Part shown: positions 1 to 9,734 of the stretch, piece after piece
Layout: each line of letters opens with the position of its first letter
How positions within the stretch are numbered: position 1 is the first letter of the stretch
Source of the DNA: an uncultured Candidatus Rokubacteria bacterium
GTDB taxonomy: Bacteria; Methylomirabilota; Methylomirabilia; Rokubacteriales; DASRDR01
DNA: 64,000 nt
Assembly (NCBI GenBank): GCA_963708025.1
Contig: CAVPSB010000002.1
Location: forward strand, 32,001 to 96,000
Direction: 5' to 3'
The notes under the pieces: model-generated
Seen by the model: the letters and a program-made list of their open reading frames with translations, nothing else
What the model was told of the DNA's origin: nothing
Databases searched by the model: none
Position numbers and translations under genes: made by a program

Positions 1-289
1 GCCGATGGCGCCGCGCCATGACCTCGGCCAGCGCCTTGCCTTTCCGCGTCAGCGTGATCGCCTTGCTAGCGTCCAGCCGGAGGTACCCGGCCCGGACCAT
101 GCGCCGGAGGGCCTCGGTGACCGCCGGGGGCGAGACACGCATGTGCTTGGCGAGGCGGGCGCCGATGACCGTGTGGCCGCTGCCGCCCAGGTCGTAGATC
201 CCGGCCAGGTAGTCCTGGACGGACGCGCTGCTGTGCTCGGCCGACCGGGCCGCAGTTTTTAGCCTTGACAGAGGTTTCTTATTAGGCAT
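1..289 (-). CDS. DtxR/MntR/IdeR-family metal-dependent repressor, 5' part (runs off the window start; absent from the ORF track)
   Basis: Manual minus-strand translation from ATG 289: MPNKKPLSRLKTAARSAEHSSASVQDYLAGIYDL...ARLAKHMRVSPPAVTEALRRMVRAGYL...ITLTRKGKALAEVMARRHR. This is the typical DtxR winged HTH plus RRHR motif. Confidence 0.9.
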   Translation of the reverse strand, partial: MPNKKPLSRLKTAARSAEHSSASVQDYLAGIYDLGGSGHTVIGARLAKHMRVSPPAVTEALRRMVRAGYLRLDASKAITLTRKGKALAEVMARRHR

Positions 290-295
290 ACTTAA
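265..295 (+). promoter_or_regulatory. Sigma70-type promoter for the iron ABC operon, overlapped by a putative DtxR-family operator
   Basis: TTGACA (265-270), N16, CATACT (287-292). Imperfect palindrome TTAGGCATACTTAA (282-295) resembles TTAGG-N4-CCTAA boxes. The patch is AT-rich in otherwise GC-rich DNA. Confidence 0.7.
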
Positions 296-398
296 CGCCG
301 CGCACGTATCCGGCGCGCTGTCATTGTAGCCTTCCCGGGCGGCGGGCGCAAATCGCCAGTCGGGACGGCGCGATCTCATTCGAACTGGAGGACGGTCC

Positions 399-1424
399 AT
401 GCGGATCCCCGTGGCGTTCGTGGGAGTGGGGCTCACCCTCGCGCTGGCGATGGCGCCGGGCCTGGCGACCGGGCCGGCAACCGCGGCCGAGTCGAGAGAC
501 GTCGTCGTGTACTCGGCCCGGATCGAGGCGCTCATCAAGCCGATGTTCGACGCCTTCACGGCCAAGACCGGCATCAAGGTCCAGATCTTCAGCGCCGGCG
601 AAGCCGAGTTGTTCGAGCGCCTCAAGGCGGAGGGCGCCGGCACGCCGGCCGACGTGCTGATGACCGTCTACGTCGGCAACCTCTGGCTTGCCCAGCAGGC
701 CGGGCTGCTCCAGGGCTTCACCTCTCCTGTGATCGAGAAGAACATTCCCGCCCACCTGCGGGCCAAGGGGAACGACTGGGTCGGCCTGTCGGTGCGCGCC
801 CGCACCATCGCCTACACCACCGAGCGGGTCAAGCCGGCCGAGCTGTCCACCTATGAGGCGCTCGGGGATCCCAAGTGGCGGGGGCGACTCTGCCTCCGCA
901 CGTCCAAGAAGGTCTACAACCAGTCGATGGTCGCGACGATGATCAAGACGCTGGGCGAGCCGCGCGCCGAGGAGATCGTGCGGGCATGGATGGCGAACGA
1001 GCCGCGCATCTTCGCGAGCGACACCAAGCTCCTGGAGGGCGTCGCCGCCGGGCAGTGCGACGTCGGGCTCGTCAACACCTACTACCTCGCCCAGCTCAAG
1101 GCGAAGGAGGCCAACTTCCCGGCGGCCCTGTTCTGGCCCAACCAGGCGGACCGGGGCGTGCACGTCAACATCTCGGGGGCGGGGGTGACCCGGCACGCCA
1201 AGCACCGCGACCAGGCCGTCAAGCTGATCGAGTTCCTCAGCTCGACCGAGGTCCAGAACCTCTACGCCGACGTCAACTACGAGTACCCGGCCAACCCGAG
1301 CGTCAAGCCGAGCGCGCTCCTCGCCGCGTGGGGGAGCTTCAAGGCCGACCCCGTCGACGTGGCAGCCGCCGGCGAGTACCAGGCGGCGGCTACGAAGCTG
1401 ATGGATCGCGCGGGATGGAAGTAG
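399..1424 (+). CDS. Fe3+ ABC transporter substrate-binding protein (FutA/FbpA/AfuA family)
   Basis: Signal peptide, then VVVYSAR, TPADVLMT, VNTYYL and GVHVNISGAGV motifs; GGAGG SD. Confidence 0.9.
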   Translation: MRIPVAFVGVGLTLALAMAPGLATGPATAAESRDVVVYSARIEALIKPMFDAFTAKTGIKVQIFSAGEAELFERLKAEGAGTPADVLMTVYVGNLWLAQQAGLLQGFTSPVIEKNIPAHLRAKGNDWVGLSVRARTIAYTTERVKPAELSTYEALGDPKWRGRLCLRTSKKVYNQSMVATMIKTLGEPRAEEIVRAWMANEPRIFASDTKLLEGVAAGQCDVGLVNTYYLAQLKAKEANFPAALFWPNQADRGVHVNISGAGVTRHAKHRDQAVKLIEFLSSTEVQNLYADVNYEYPANPSVKPSALLAAWGSFKADPVDVAAAGEYQAAATKLMDRAGWK

Positions 1425-1452
1425 GCCGGACCCCCCGCCCGGTCGCCGCACC

Positions 1453-3099
1453 ATGAGCCGACCGGCGGCGGAGGCCAGCCCTTGGCCGCCCGCCGCCGGT
1501 CTGACCCGTGACCCCTGGCCGCTCGCGGCCGGCGCGGTCGCGCTACTGGTCGCTACGCCGGTGCTCCTCGTGGGCGCGTCCCTGGCGCGCCCGAGCGTGG
1601 ACGTCTGGCGGCATCTGTGGGCGACCCAGCTCCTGGAGCTGATCGGGAACACTCTCGCGCTGATTGCCGGCGTCGGCGTGGGGGCCGCGGTGATGGGGAC
1701 CGGACTCGCCTGGCTCGTGACGATGTACCGGTTCCCGGGCCGCGGCGTCTTCGAGTGGCTCCTCGTCCTGCCCCTCGCGATGCCGGCCTATGTCATCGGG
1801 TTCGTCTTCCTGGCGCTCTTCGACTACACGGGCCCGGTGCAGCGGGCGCTGCGCACCCTCACCGGCGGCCCCGCGCGCTGGTTTCCGGACATCGAGTCCT
1901 ACGGCGGCGTGGTCGTGGTCATGACCCTCGTGCTCTATCCATACGTCTACGTGCTGGCCCGGGTGGCGTTCCTGGAGCAATCGGAGAGCGCGCTGGAGGC
2001 GGCCCGCGCCCTCGGCGTGTCACGCCGCGCGGCGTTCTGGCGGGTGGCGCTTCCGCTGGCGCGTCCGGCCATCGTAGCCGGGGTGATGCTGGCGTTGATG
2101 GAGGCCCTGGCCGACTTCGGCACCGTCGCCATCTTCAATTACTCGACCTTCACCGTAGCGATCTACCGGGTCTGGTTCGGGCTGTTCAATCGTCACGCGG
2201 CGACCGAGCTGGCCACCCTGCTCGTGCTCTTCACGCTGACCCTGTACGGGGCAGAGCGGGCGCTCCGCCGCCGCGCCCGCTTCGATCCCCGAGGGCTCGG
2301 GGCGCGTCCCGTCCCGCGGATGGCGCTGACCGGCTGGCGGGCCGGGGGCGCCACGGGACTCGCCGGTGCCGTCGTCGGGGTGGCCTTCGTTCTCCCGGTC
2401 GTCCGGCTCCTCGCGTGGATCCCGGCCGGGGCCTCCGACGACCGCTATCCCGGGTTCGTCGGCAACACGGTGGCGGTGGCGGCGGTGGCCGCCGCCATCG
2501 TGGTGGTCGCCGCGCTCGTGGTGGCGTACGGGGTGCGCCAGAGCCGGCGGCCAGCCGTTGCGTTCCTGGCCCGGCTGGCCAGCATGGGGTACGCCCTGCC
2601 GGGGTCGGTGGTCGCGGTGGGGGTCCTGGCGCTCCTGGCCTGGCTCGATCAGGTCGTCGGGGGCTTGTTCCTGGTGGGATCGCTGGTTGGCCTCGTCTTC
2701 GCTTACTCGGTTCGGTTCCTGGCCGTCGGCTACCAGTCCGTCGAGGCGAGCCTGGCCCGGATCACACCCAGCATGGACATGGCCGCTCGCTCGCTCGGCG
2801 TCGCGCCCGGCGGTGTGCTGCGCCGGATCCACCTGCCGCTCCTCCGGCGCGGCCTCTTCACCGCCGGACTCCTGGTCTTCGTGGACGTGATGAAGGAGAT
2901 GCCGGCGACCCTGCTCCTCCGCCCGCTCGGCTACGACACCCTGGCCGTCCGGGTGTGGCAGTTCACCTCGGAGTCGTTGTGGGAGGCGGCGGCGCTCCCG
3001 GCCCTGACGATCGTCGCCGCTGGTGTGCTGCCGCTTCTCGTGCTCGTGCGGCAGAGCGCCGGTCCGCGCCGCCGCCCGCCATCCCGGCAGCGCCGTTGA
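1453..3099 (+). CDS. Fe3+ ABC transporter permease (FutB/FbpB family)
   Basis: Two TM halves with EAA loops (LEAARALG; MDMAARSLG); LPLAMPAYV and VDVMKEMPATLLLRP motifs. Confidence 0.9.
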   Translation: MSRPAAEASPWPPAAGLTRDPWPLAAGAVALLVATPVLLVGASLARPSVDVWRHLWATQLLELIGNTLALIAGVGVGAAVMGTGLAWLVTMYRFPGRGVFEWLLVLPLAMPAYVIGFVFLALFDYTGPVQRALRTLTGGPARWFPDIESYGGVVVVMTLVLYPYVYVLARVAFLEQSESALEAARALGVSRRAAFWRVALPLARPAIVAGVMLALMEALADFGTVAIFNYSTFTVAIYRVWFGLFNRHAATELATLLVLFTLTLYGAERALRRRARFDPRGLGARPVPRMALTGWRAGGATGLAGAVVGVAFVLPVVRLLAWIPAGASDDRYPGFVGNTVAVAAVAAAIVVVAALVVAYGVRQSRRPAVAFLARLASMGYALPGSVVAVGVLALLAWLDQVVGGLFLVGSLVGLVFAYSVRFLAVGYQSVEASLARITPSMDMAARSLGVAPGGVLRRIHLPLLRRGLFTAGLLVFVDVMKEMPATLLLRPLGYDTLAVRVWQFTSESLWEAAALPALTIVAAGVLPLLVLVRQSAGPRRRPPSRQRR

Positions 3100-3137
3100 G
3101 CGGACGTCGGTGGGTCTGCCGAGCCCCCCGATGCTCT

Positions 3138-3234
3138 TCAGTTCGGGACCGCCCGCCTACCCCCCCAACCCCCCTCCCCCACCCACCGGGGGGGAGGGGG
3201 GAGTCGGAGGACCCATTGCGTCACACGCTCTCAG
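3138..3234 (-). repeat. Repeat family A, copy 1
   Basis: Minus strand: CTGA-gagcgtgtga...ctccgactcccccctccccccc-ggtgggtgggggaggggg...gggtaggcgggcggtcccgaa-CTGA, flanked by a CTGA direct repeat. Confidence 0.85.
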
Positions 3235-3419
3235 CGGGATAGACCCTCGGGGTTGACCGGGTTCGCCGGCCGGGTCCCTTCGACGTCCGGCAGGTGGGCC
3301 GCCAGCTCCGCCTTGCCGAGCCGCCGATCCTCGGGATTGATCCGGACGGTGGCCCGGGCCCGGGCGAGGTCGAGCGCCTCCCGGGGGAGCTGTCGCGAGA
3401 TGAACAGGGTGCCTGGCAT
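3231..3419 (-). pseudogene. Internally deleted D-2-hydroxyacid (glyoxylate reductase/D-glycerate dehydrogenase-like) gene remnant, 62 aa
   Basis: N-terminus MPGTLFISRQLPREALDLARARATVRINPEDRRLGKAELAAHLPDVEG joins directly to a C-terminal-type TRPANPVNPE motif; the NAD-binding core is absent. Confidence 0.65.
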
Positions 3420-3562
3420 GAGGGGGCTGCCTCTCTCCGGGGCGGGCCCGTCTGGCGGAGCGGGCGAGCCGTTCCCGGGCCCGTCGCGTTGCGCAACTCG
3501 CGGTCGGTGCAGCAAGACCGGTGCTCCGACCGGCGCCACCCGATACCGTCGCCACTTTGCGG

Positions 3563-3591
3563 TTGACCGATCCCGAGGGCGCGGGTATATT
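3563..3591 (+). promoter_or_regulatory. Sigma70 promoter of groESL
   Basis: TTGACC (3563-3568), N17, TATATT (3586-3591). Confidence 0.85.
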
Positions 3592-3616
3592 AGCACTCGC
3601 CTCGATTGAGTGCTAA
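3590..3616. promoter_or_regulatory. CIRCE element (HrcA operator)
   Basis: Perfect TTAGCACTC-N9-GAGTGCTAA upstream of groES. Confidence 0.98.
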
Positions 3617-3696
3617 CATCACGGTGGGGCCCGGCTCGCATCCGGCCGACAACCTATCATCAAAACCGACAGGCCCGAGAAGGAGGAGGTCACGGC

Positions 3697-4002
3697 ATGG
3701 CAACCGCCACCAAAACCAAGCTTCGTCCGCTCCATGACCGCATTCTCATCAAGCGCGTCGAGGAAGAGGAAGTCCGACGCGGCGGCATCATCATCCCGGA
3801 CACCGCGAAGGAGAAGCCCCAGGAGGGCAAGGTGATCGCGGTCGGCACCGGCAAGGTGACCGAGGACGGCAAGAAGATCCCGCTCGACGTCAAGGCGGGC
3901 GATCGGATCCTGTTCGGGAAGTATTCCGGCAGCGAGGTCAAGATCGACGACGAGGAGTACCTCATCCTGCGGGAAGAGGACGTCCTCGGCATCCTCGACT
4001 GA
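3697..4002 (+). CDS. groES: Co-chaperonin GroES
   Basis: [12 protein letters not shown]...[28 protein letters not shown] before ATG 3697. Confidence 0.98.
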   Translation: MATATKTKLRPLHDRILIKRVEEEEVRRGGIIIPDTAKEKPQEGKVIAVGTGKVTEDGKKIPLDVKAGDRILFGKYSGSEVKIDDEEYLILREEDVLGILD

Positions 4003-4037
4003 TTCCACCCCCCAGTCACCGATAAGGAGAGACGTGC

Positions 4038-5660
<1,623 letters not shown>

Positions 5661-5678
5661 GTCTTTCCCGAGGCCGTG

Positions 5679-5721
5679 GGGACGGCCCCCGCAGTGCGAG
5701 CTGCGGGGGCCGTCCCGCTTT
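5679..5721 (+). terminator. Intrinsic terminator after groEL
   Basis: Perfect 16-bp stem gggacggcccccgcag/ctgcgggggccgtccc with a 6-nt loop and a short T tract. Confidence 0.8.
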
Positions 5722-5736
5722 CCGGGGATTTGCGGC

Positions 5737-5834
5737 TTGCGCGCCGTCCGAGGTCGCTGCTATGCTAAAGCGCTTTGCCGATGGCCGCGGCTGGTCCTCC
5801 GGGATCGCCGGGGTCCGAGAGGAGGTGAGGAGCT
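5737..5834 (+). promoter_or_regulatory. rpsF promoter and structured leader (candidate S6:S18 autoregulatory leader)
   Basis: TTGCGC, N18, TATGCT with an extended TG. Leader cctcc (5796-5800) can pair with the SD ggagg (5821-5825) around an inner ggatc/ggtcc hairpin, with CCG adjacent. Confidence 0.55.
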
Positions 5835-6209
5835 CTGCATCTGTACGACGTGCTGATCATTGCCGACCCGCGCCTGACGGAAGAAGAGGTCGCCCAGCTC
5901 AGCACCCGGCTGGTGGAGGCCTGCACCGGCCTCGGGGGCGAGGTCGTCTCGACCGAGAACTGGGGTAAGCGGCGGCTGGCGTACGAGATCCGGAAACAGC
6001 GGGAAGGGACATACGTCCTCCTGCAGATCAAGGCCGAGCCGCCCGCTGTTCGGGAGTTCGAGCGGCAGCTGAAGCTCAACGAGGCGGTCCTGCGCTTCAT
6101 GACGACGCGCGTGATCGAAGGGCGGCGGAAGGCTCGGGCGCCGGTGCCCGAGGAGCCGCCGGCCGACCCGGAGCCGACGATGGACCGGACCGCTGGGGAG
6201 GTCGGCTGA
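5835..6209 (+). CDS. rpsF: 30S ribosomal protein S6 (probable CTG start)
   Basis: (M)HLYDVLII...WGKRRLAYEIRKQREGTY...VLRFM. An in-frame TGA at 5826 bounds the ORF, and CTG lies 7 nt after GGAGGTG. Confidence 0.95.
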   Translation: MHLYDVLIIADPRLTEEEVAQLSTRLVEACTGLGGEVVSTENWGKRRLAYEIRKQREGTYVLLQIKAEPPAVREFERQLKLNEAVLRFMTTRVIEGRRKARAPVPEEPPADPEPTMDRTAGEVG

Positions 6210-6619
6210 TGGCGAGCTTGAACAAGGTCTTCCTCATCGGCAACCTGACCCGCCCGCCCGAGCTGCGATACACTCCGAGCGGCACCGCGGTCCTCGATCT
6301 GCGGCTGGCCGTGAATCGGTCCTACACGACCCAGGGCGGGGAGCGCCGGGACGAGACCTGCTTCCTGACCGTGGTGGTGTGGGGCAAGCAAGCGGAGGCG
6401 TCGGCCCAGTACCTGGACAAGGGCAGCCCGGTCATGGTCGAGGGTCGCCTCCAGACCCGCGACTGGGAGGGCAAGGACGGCCAGAAGCGGAACGTGGTGG
6501 AAGTCGTGGCCGAGCGCATCCAGTTTCTGGGCCGAGCGAAGGGGCCCGTGGCCGCGCCCCCCGGCGAGATCGAGCCTGTCGAGGAAGGCGCCGGCCAGGG
6601 CGACGAGGTTCCCTTTTGA
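6209..6619 (+). CDS. ssb: Single-stranded DNA-binding protein
   Basis: MASLNKVFLIGNLTRPPELRYTPSG; acidic tail DEVPF. Confidence 0.97.
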   Translation: MASLNKVFLIGNLTRPPELRYTPSGTAVLDLRLAVNRSYTTQGGERRDETCFLTVVVWGKQAEASAQYLDKGSPVMVEGRLQTRDWEGKDGQKRNVVEVVAERIQFLGRAKGPVAAPPGEIEPVEEGAGQGDEVPF

Positions 6620-6644
6620 GGCGAATCGCTGAGGAGACGAGCAC

Positions 6645-6884
6645 GTGGTGAAGCCCGTGAAGCGGCGCCGGTTCGGCCGGCGCAAGGTCTGCAAATTCTG
6701 TGTCGACAAGATCGACACCGTCGACTACAAGGACGTCAAGCGACTCCGGACCTTCGTGACCGAGCGGGGCAAGATCATCCCGCGGCGGATCTCGGGGAGC
6801 TGCGCCCGGCACCAACGGCAGCTCACCGATGCGCTGAAGCGGCTGCGCACGGTCGCCCTCATCCCCTACGTCGTCGCCGAGTAG
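6645..6884 (+). CDS. rpsR: 30S ribosomal protein S18
   Basis: RRKVCKFC...DYKDV...[19 protein letters not shown]. Confidence 0.98.
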   Translation: MVKPVKRRRFGRRKVCKFCVDKIDTVDYKDVKRLRTFVTERGKIIPRRISGSCARHQRQLTDALKRLRTVALIPYVVAE

Positions 6885-6890
6885 GATCGC

Positions 6891-7823
6891 GTGACCGCTC
6901 TCCAGGGGACGAGGGGCGTCGTCCTGCTGGGCGCGGGTCTGGGTGTCGTGTTGCTCGGGGTGGAAATCGGTGAGGCGCGCTTCGGCCTGGGGGGTGCCAC
7001 CGCCCTGGTGAGCCTGGTGCCCATCGCCCTCAGCGTCGTCCTCGGGGGCGCGCTGGCAGCCGGGGTGGCGGTGGCGACCACGGTGGCGGGGGTGGCTCTC
7101 TCGCTCGGGGCGTCGGCGGCCATCGTCGTCGGTGTCCGGGAGGTGCTGCCGGGGCTCGTCCTCGGCACGGTGCTGGTCCGGCGCCTTCACCTGCCGGCCA
7201 GCCTCCTGCTGGTCGGGACGGGCAACCTGCTCGGTCTCCTCGCGCTGGTCTGGGCGTACGTGCCGGCCCCGGCCGGCCTCCTCGCCCTCCTCCGGCGCCA
7301 GCTCGAGGCACACGTCGCCGACGTCGACCGATTGTCCAGCCTGCTCGGACTGAACCGCGACCCGGCCTGGGTCGCCGAGTCGGCCCGGGTGCTCGGCGCC
7401 ACGATGCGCATCGCCGGCCCGGCGATCTTCGCCGTGGGGTTGCTCGTGGTCGCCCTCACCAACTACGTCGGCGCCCGGCTCTGCCTGCGCGGCCGCGGGT
7501 TTCGCGCGTTCGCCGAGGAGGCGGTGCCCGACCACGTCGTGTGGGGCGTCATCGCGGCCGGGGCGATGCTCATCTCGCAACAGGAGGCGATCGAGCTGCT
7601 CGGCATCAACGTCCTGATCGTGCTCGCGTTCCTCTACGCCATTCAGGGGCTGGCGGTCCTGCGCCACTTCTTCCAGAAGGCGCGGGTGCCGCGCCCGTTG
7701 CAGGGCGTCAGCTTCGGGCTGTTTGCCGTGCAGCCGCTCCTTCTGATCGCGGCCGCGTGTCTCGGGCTGTCGGACCTCTGGGCCGACTTTCGAAAGATCA
7801 GGCGGGCCGCGACCCCGGCTTGA
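6891..7823 (+). CDS. YybS/DUF2232-family membrane protein
   Basis: Multi-TM protein with YAIQGLAV and GLSDLWADFRK motifs, in the conserved position between rpsR and rplI. Confidence 0.8.
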   Translation: MTALQGTRGVVLLGAGLGVVLLGVEIGEARFGLGGATALVSLVPIALSVVLGGALAAGVAVATTVAGVALSLGASAAIVVGVREVLPGLVLGTVLVRRLHLPASLLLVGTGNLLGLLALVWAYVPAPAGLLALLRRQLEAHVADVDRLSSLLGLNRDPAWVAESARVLGATMRIAGPAIFAVGLLVVALTNYVGARLCLRGRGFRAFAEEAVPDHVVWGVIAAGAMLISQQEAIELLGINVLIVLAFLYAIQGLAVLRHFFQKARVPRPLQGVSFGLFAVQPLLLIAAACLGLSDLWADFRKIRRAATPA

Positions 7824-7876
7824 CCCCGCCGTGCCGATACCCGCAATTCGACGGACATGATGGGAGAGACGGAGCC

Positions 7877-8320
7877 ATGAAGATCATCCTGATGGAAGAT
7901 ATCGCATCCCTGGGTCGGCGCGGGGAGGTGCGCGAGGTCGCAACCGGCTACGCGCGCAACTACCTGCTCCCGAAGAAGCTCGCGGTACCGGCCACCCCGG
8001 GCAACCTCCAGAACCTCGAGCATCTCAAGCGCCAGCGCGAGCGAATCGAGCAGAAGGCCCGAGACGAGGCCCAGGCGACCGCCCGGCGGATCGGCGGGCT
8101 GACCTTCGCGGTGGCGACCCGCGCGTCGGAAGACGGCCACCTGTTCGGCTCGGTCTCCGCCCAGGACGTCGTCCAGTTCCTGGAGGGGCACCAGATCGCG
8201 CTCGAGAAGCGCCGGGTGGGGCTGGAGGAGCCGATCAAGGCGCTCGGCGAGTACCAGGTGCCGATCCGGCTTCCCCACGACGTCACGGCGACGCTGGCGG
8301 TGACGGTCAGCCGGGAATAG
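7877..8320 (+). CDS. rplI: 50S ribosomal protein L9
   Basis: MKIILMEDIASLGRRGEVREVATGYARNYLLPK; LFGSVS; PIKALG. Confidence 0.97.
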   Translation: MKIILMEDIASLGRRGEVREVATGYARNYLLPKKLAVPATPGNLQNLEHLKRQRERIEQKARDEAQATARRIGGLTFAVATRASEDGHLFGSVSAQDVVQFLEGHQIALEKRRVGLEEPIKALGEYQVPIRLPHDVTATLAVTVSRE

Positions 8321-8350
8321 GCGGGACCGCCCGTCGCTCGGGAGGGCAGC

Positions 8351-9706
8351 ATGGCGGCGCTCGTCGAGCTCCCCGGCAAGATCCCGCCCCACAATCTCGA
8401 GGCCGAGCGGGCCGTGCTCGGCGCCATCCTCCTCGAGCCGGGCGTGCTCCCGCGCGCCATCGAGCTCCTGGCCGCCGACGAATTCTACAAGGACGCCCAC
8501 CGAAAGATCTACGGCGCCATGGTCCGGCTCTTCGAGCGGAGCGAGCCGGCCGATGTCCTCACGGTGACCGAAGAGCTGAAGCGGGCGGGCGAACTGGAGG
8601 AGGTGGGTGGGCAGGCGGCCCTGGCCACCCTGATGGAAGAGGCGACCGTCGCCACCCAGTTCGCCTCCTACGCGCAGATGGTCCGGGACAAGGCCCAGCT
8701 CCGCGAGCTGATCCGGGTCGCCCGCGAGATCACCGAGCACGGCTTCGACGAGTCGGAGGACGTCCGGGCGCTGGTCGATCGGGCCGAGCAGATGGTCTTC
8801 CGGATCTCGGAGCGGCGCCTGCACCGGTCGGCGGTGCCGGTGCGCGAGATCCTCACCCGCACCATCGAGCACATCGAGCTACTCTATCGCCGGAAGGAGC
8901 ACATCACCGGCGTGCCCACCGGGTTCAAGGAACTCGACCGGCTGACGGCGGGATTCCAGAAATCGGACTTCGTCATCATTGCGGGCCGGCCCTCCATGGG
9001 AAAGACCGCGTTCGCGCTCAACGTCGCCGAGGAGGTCGCGGTCACTGACGGCCGGCCGGTGCTGATCTTCAGCCTGGAGATGGCCAAGGAGCAGCTCGTG
9101 CAGCGGCTCCTCTGCGCGGAAGCCCGGGTCGACTCGCATCGGGTGCGGACCGGGTACCTGGAAGCGGCCGACTGGAAGCGGATCGGCGTGGCCGCCGGCC
9201 GCCTGGCCGACGCCCCTCTGTTCATCGACGACACCGCCAACCTGTCGGTGCTGGAGGCGCGCGCCAAGGCCCGGCGCATCCGGGCCGAGCACGGGCTCGA
9301 GCTGGTCGTCATCGACTACCTCCAGCTCATGCAGGGCCGCTGGCGCGCCGAGAACCGCCAGCAGGAGATCTCGGAGATCTCCCGCTCGCTGAAGGCGTTG
9401 GCCAAAGAGCTGGAGGTGCCGGTGGTGGCCCTGTCCCAGCTCTCCCGGGCGCTGGAGGCCCGCGGCGGCGACGCCTCCCCGCGCCTGTCCGACCTGCGCG
9501 AGTCCGGCGCGCTCGAGCAGGACGCCGACGTCATCGTGTTCCTCCACCGGCCGGGGCTCTACAAGGAGAACCCGTCCGACGCCGAGAAGAACCTGACCGA
9601 CGTGATCATCGGCAAGCAGCGGAACGGCCCGACCGACAAGCTCCAGCTCGTGTTCAAGCCGGAGTACACGCGTTTCGAGGACCTGTCGCCCCGCGGCCAG
9701 GCCTGA
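8351..9706 (+). CDS. dnaB: Replicative DNA helicase
   Basis: PPHNLEAERAVLG; Walker A GRPSMGKT; IDYLQLM; SDLRESGALEQDAD. Confidence 0.98.
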   Translation: MAALVELPGKIPPHNLEAERAVLGAILLEPGVLPRAIELLAADEFYKDAHRKIYGAMVRLFERSEPADVLTVTEELKRAGELEEVGGQAALATLMEEATVATQFASYAQMVRDKAQLRELIRVAREITEHGFDESEDVRALVDRAEQMVFRISERRLHRSAVPVREILTRTIEHIELLYRRKEHITGVPTGFKELDRLTAGFQKSDFVIIAGRPSMGKTAFALNVAEEVAVTDGRPVLIFSLEMAKEQLVQRLLCAEARVDSHRVRTGYLEAADWKRIGVAAGRLADAPLFIDDTANLSVLEARAKARRIRAEHGLELVVIDYLQLMQGRWRAENRQQEISEISRSLKALAKELEVPVVALSQLSRALEARGGDASPRLSDLRESGALEQDADVIVFLHRPGLYKENPSDAEKNLTDVIIGKQRNGPTDKLQLVFKPEYTRFEDLSPRGQA

Positions 9707-9734
9707 TCCCGGCGCCGTGAGGTAGCGTAGGGCC

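Noticed and set aside
5-262. 85-aa plus-strand ORF
   Set aside because: It is antisense to the clear DtxR-family gene.
9707-9734. c-di-AMP (ydaO) riboswitch ahead of the kimA-like gene
   Set aside because: The intergenic gap is only 28 nt.
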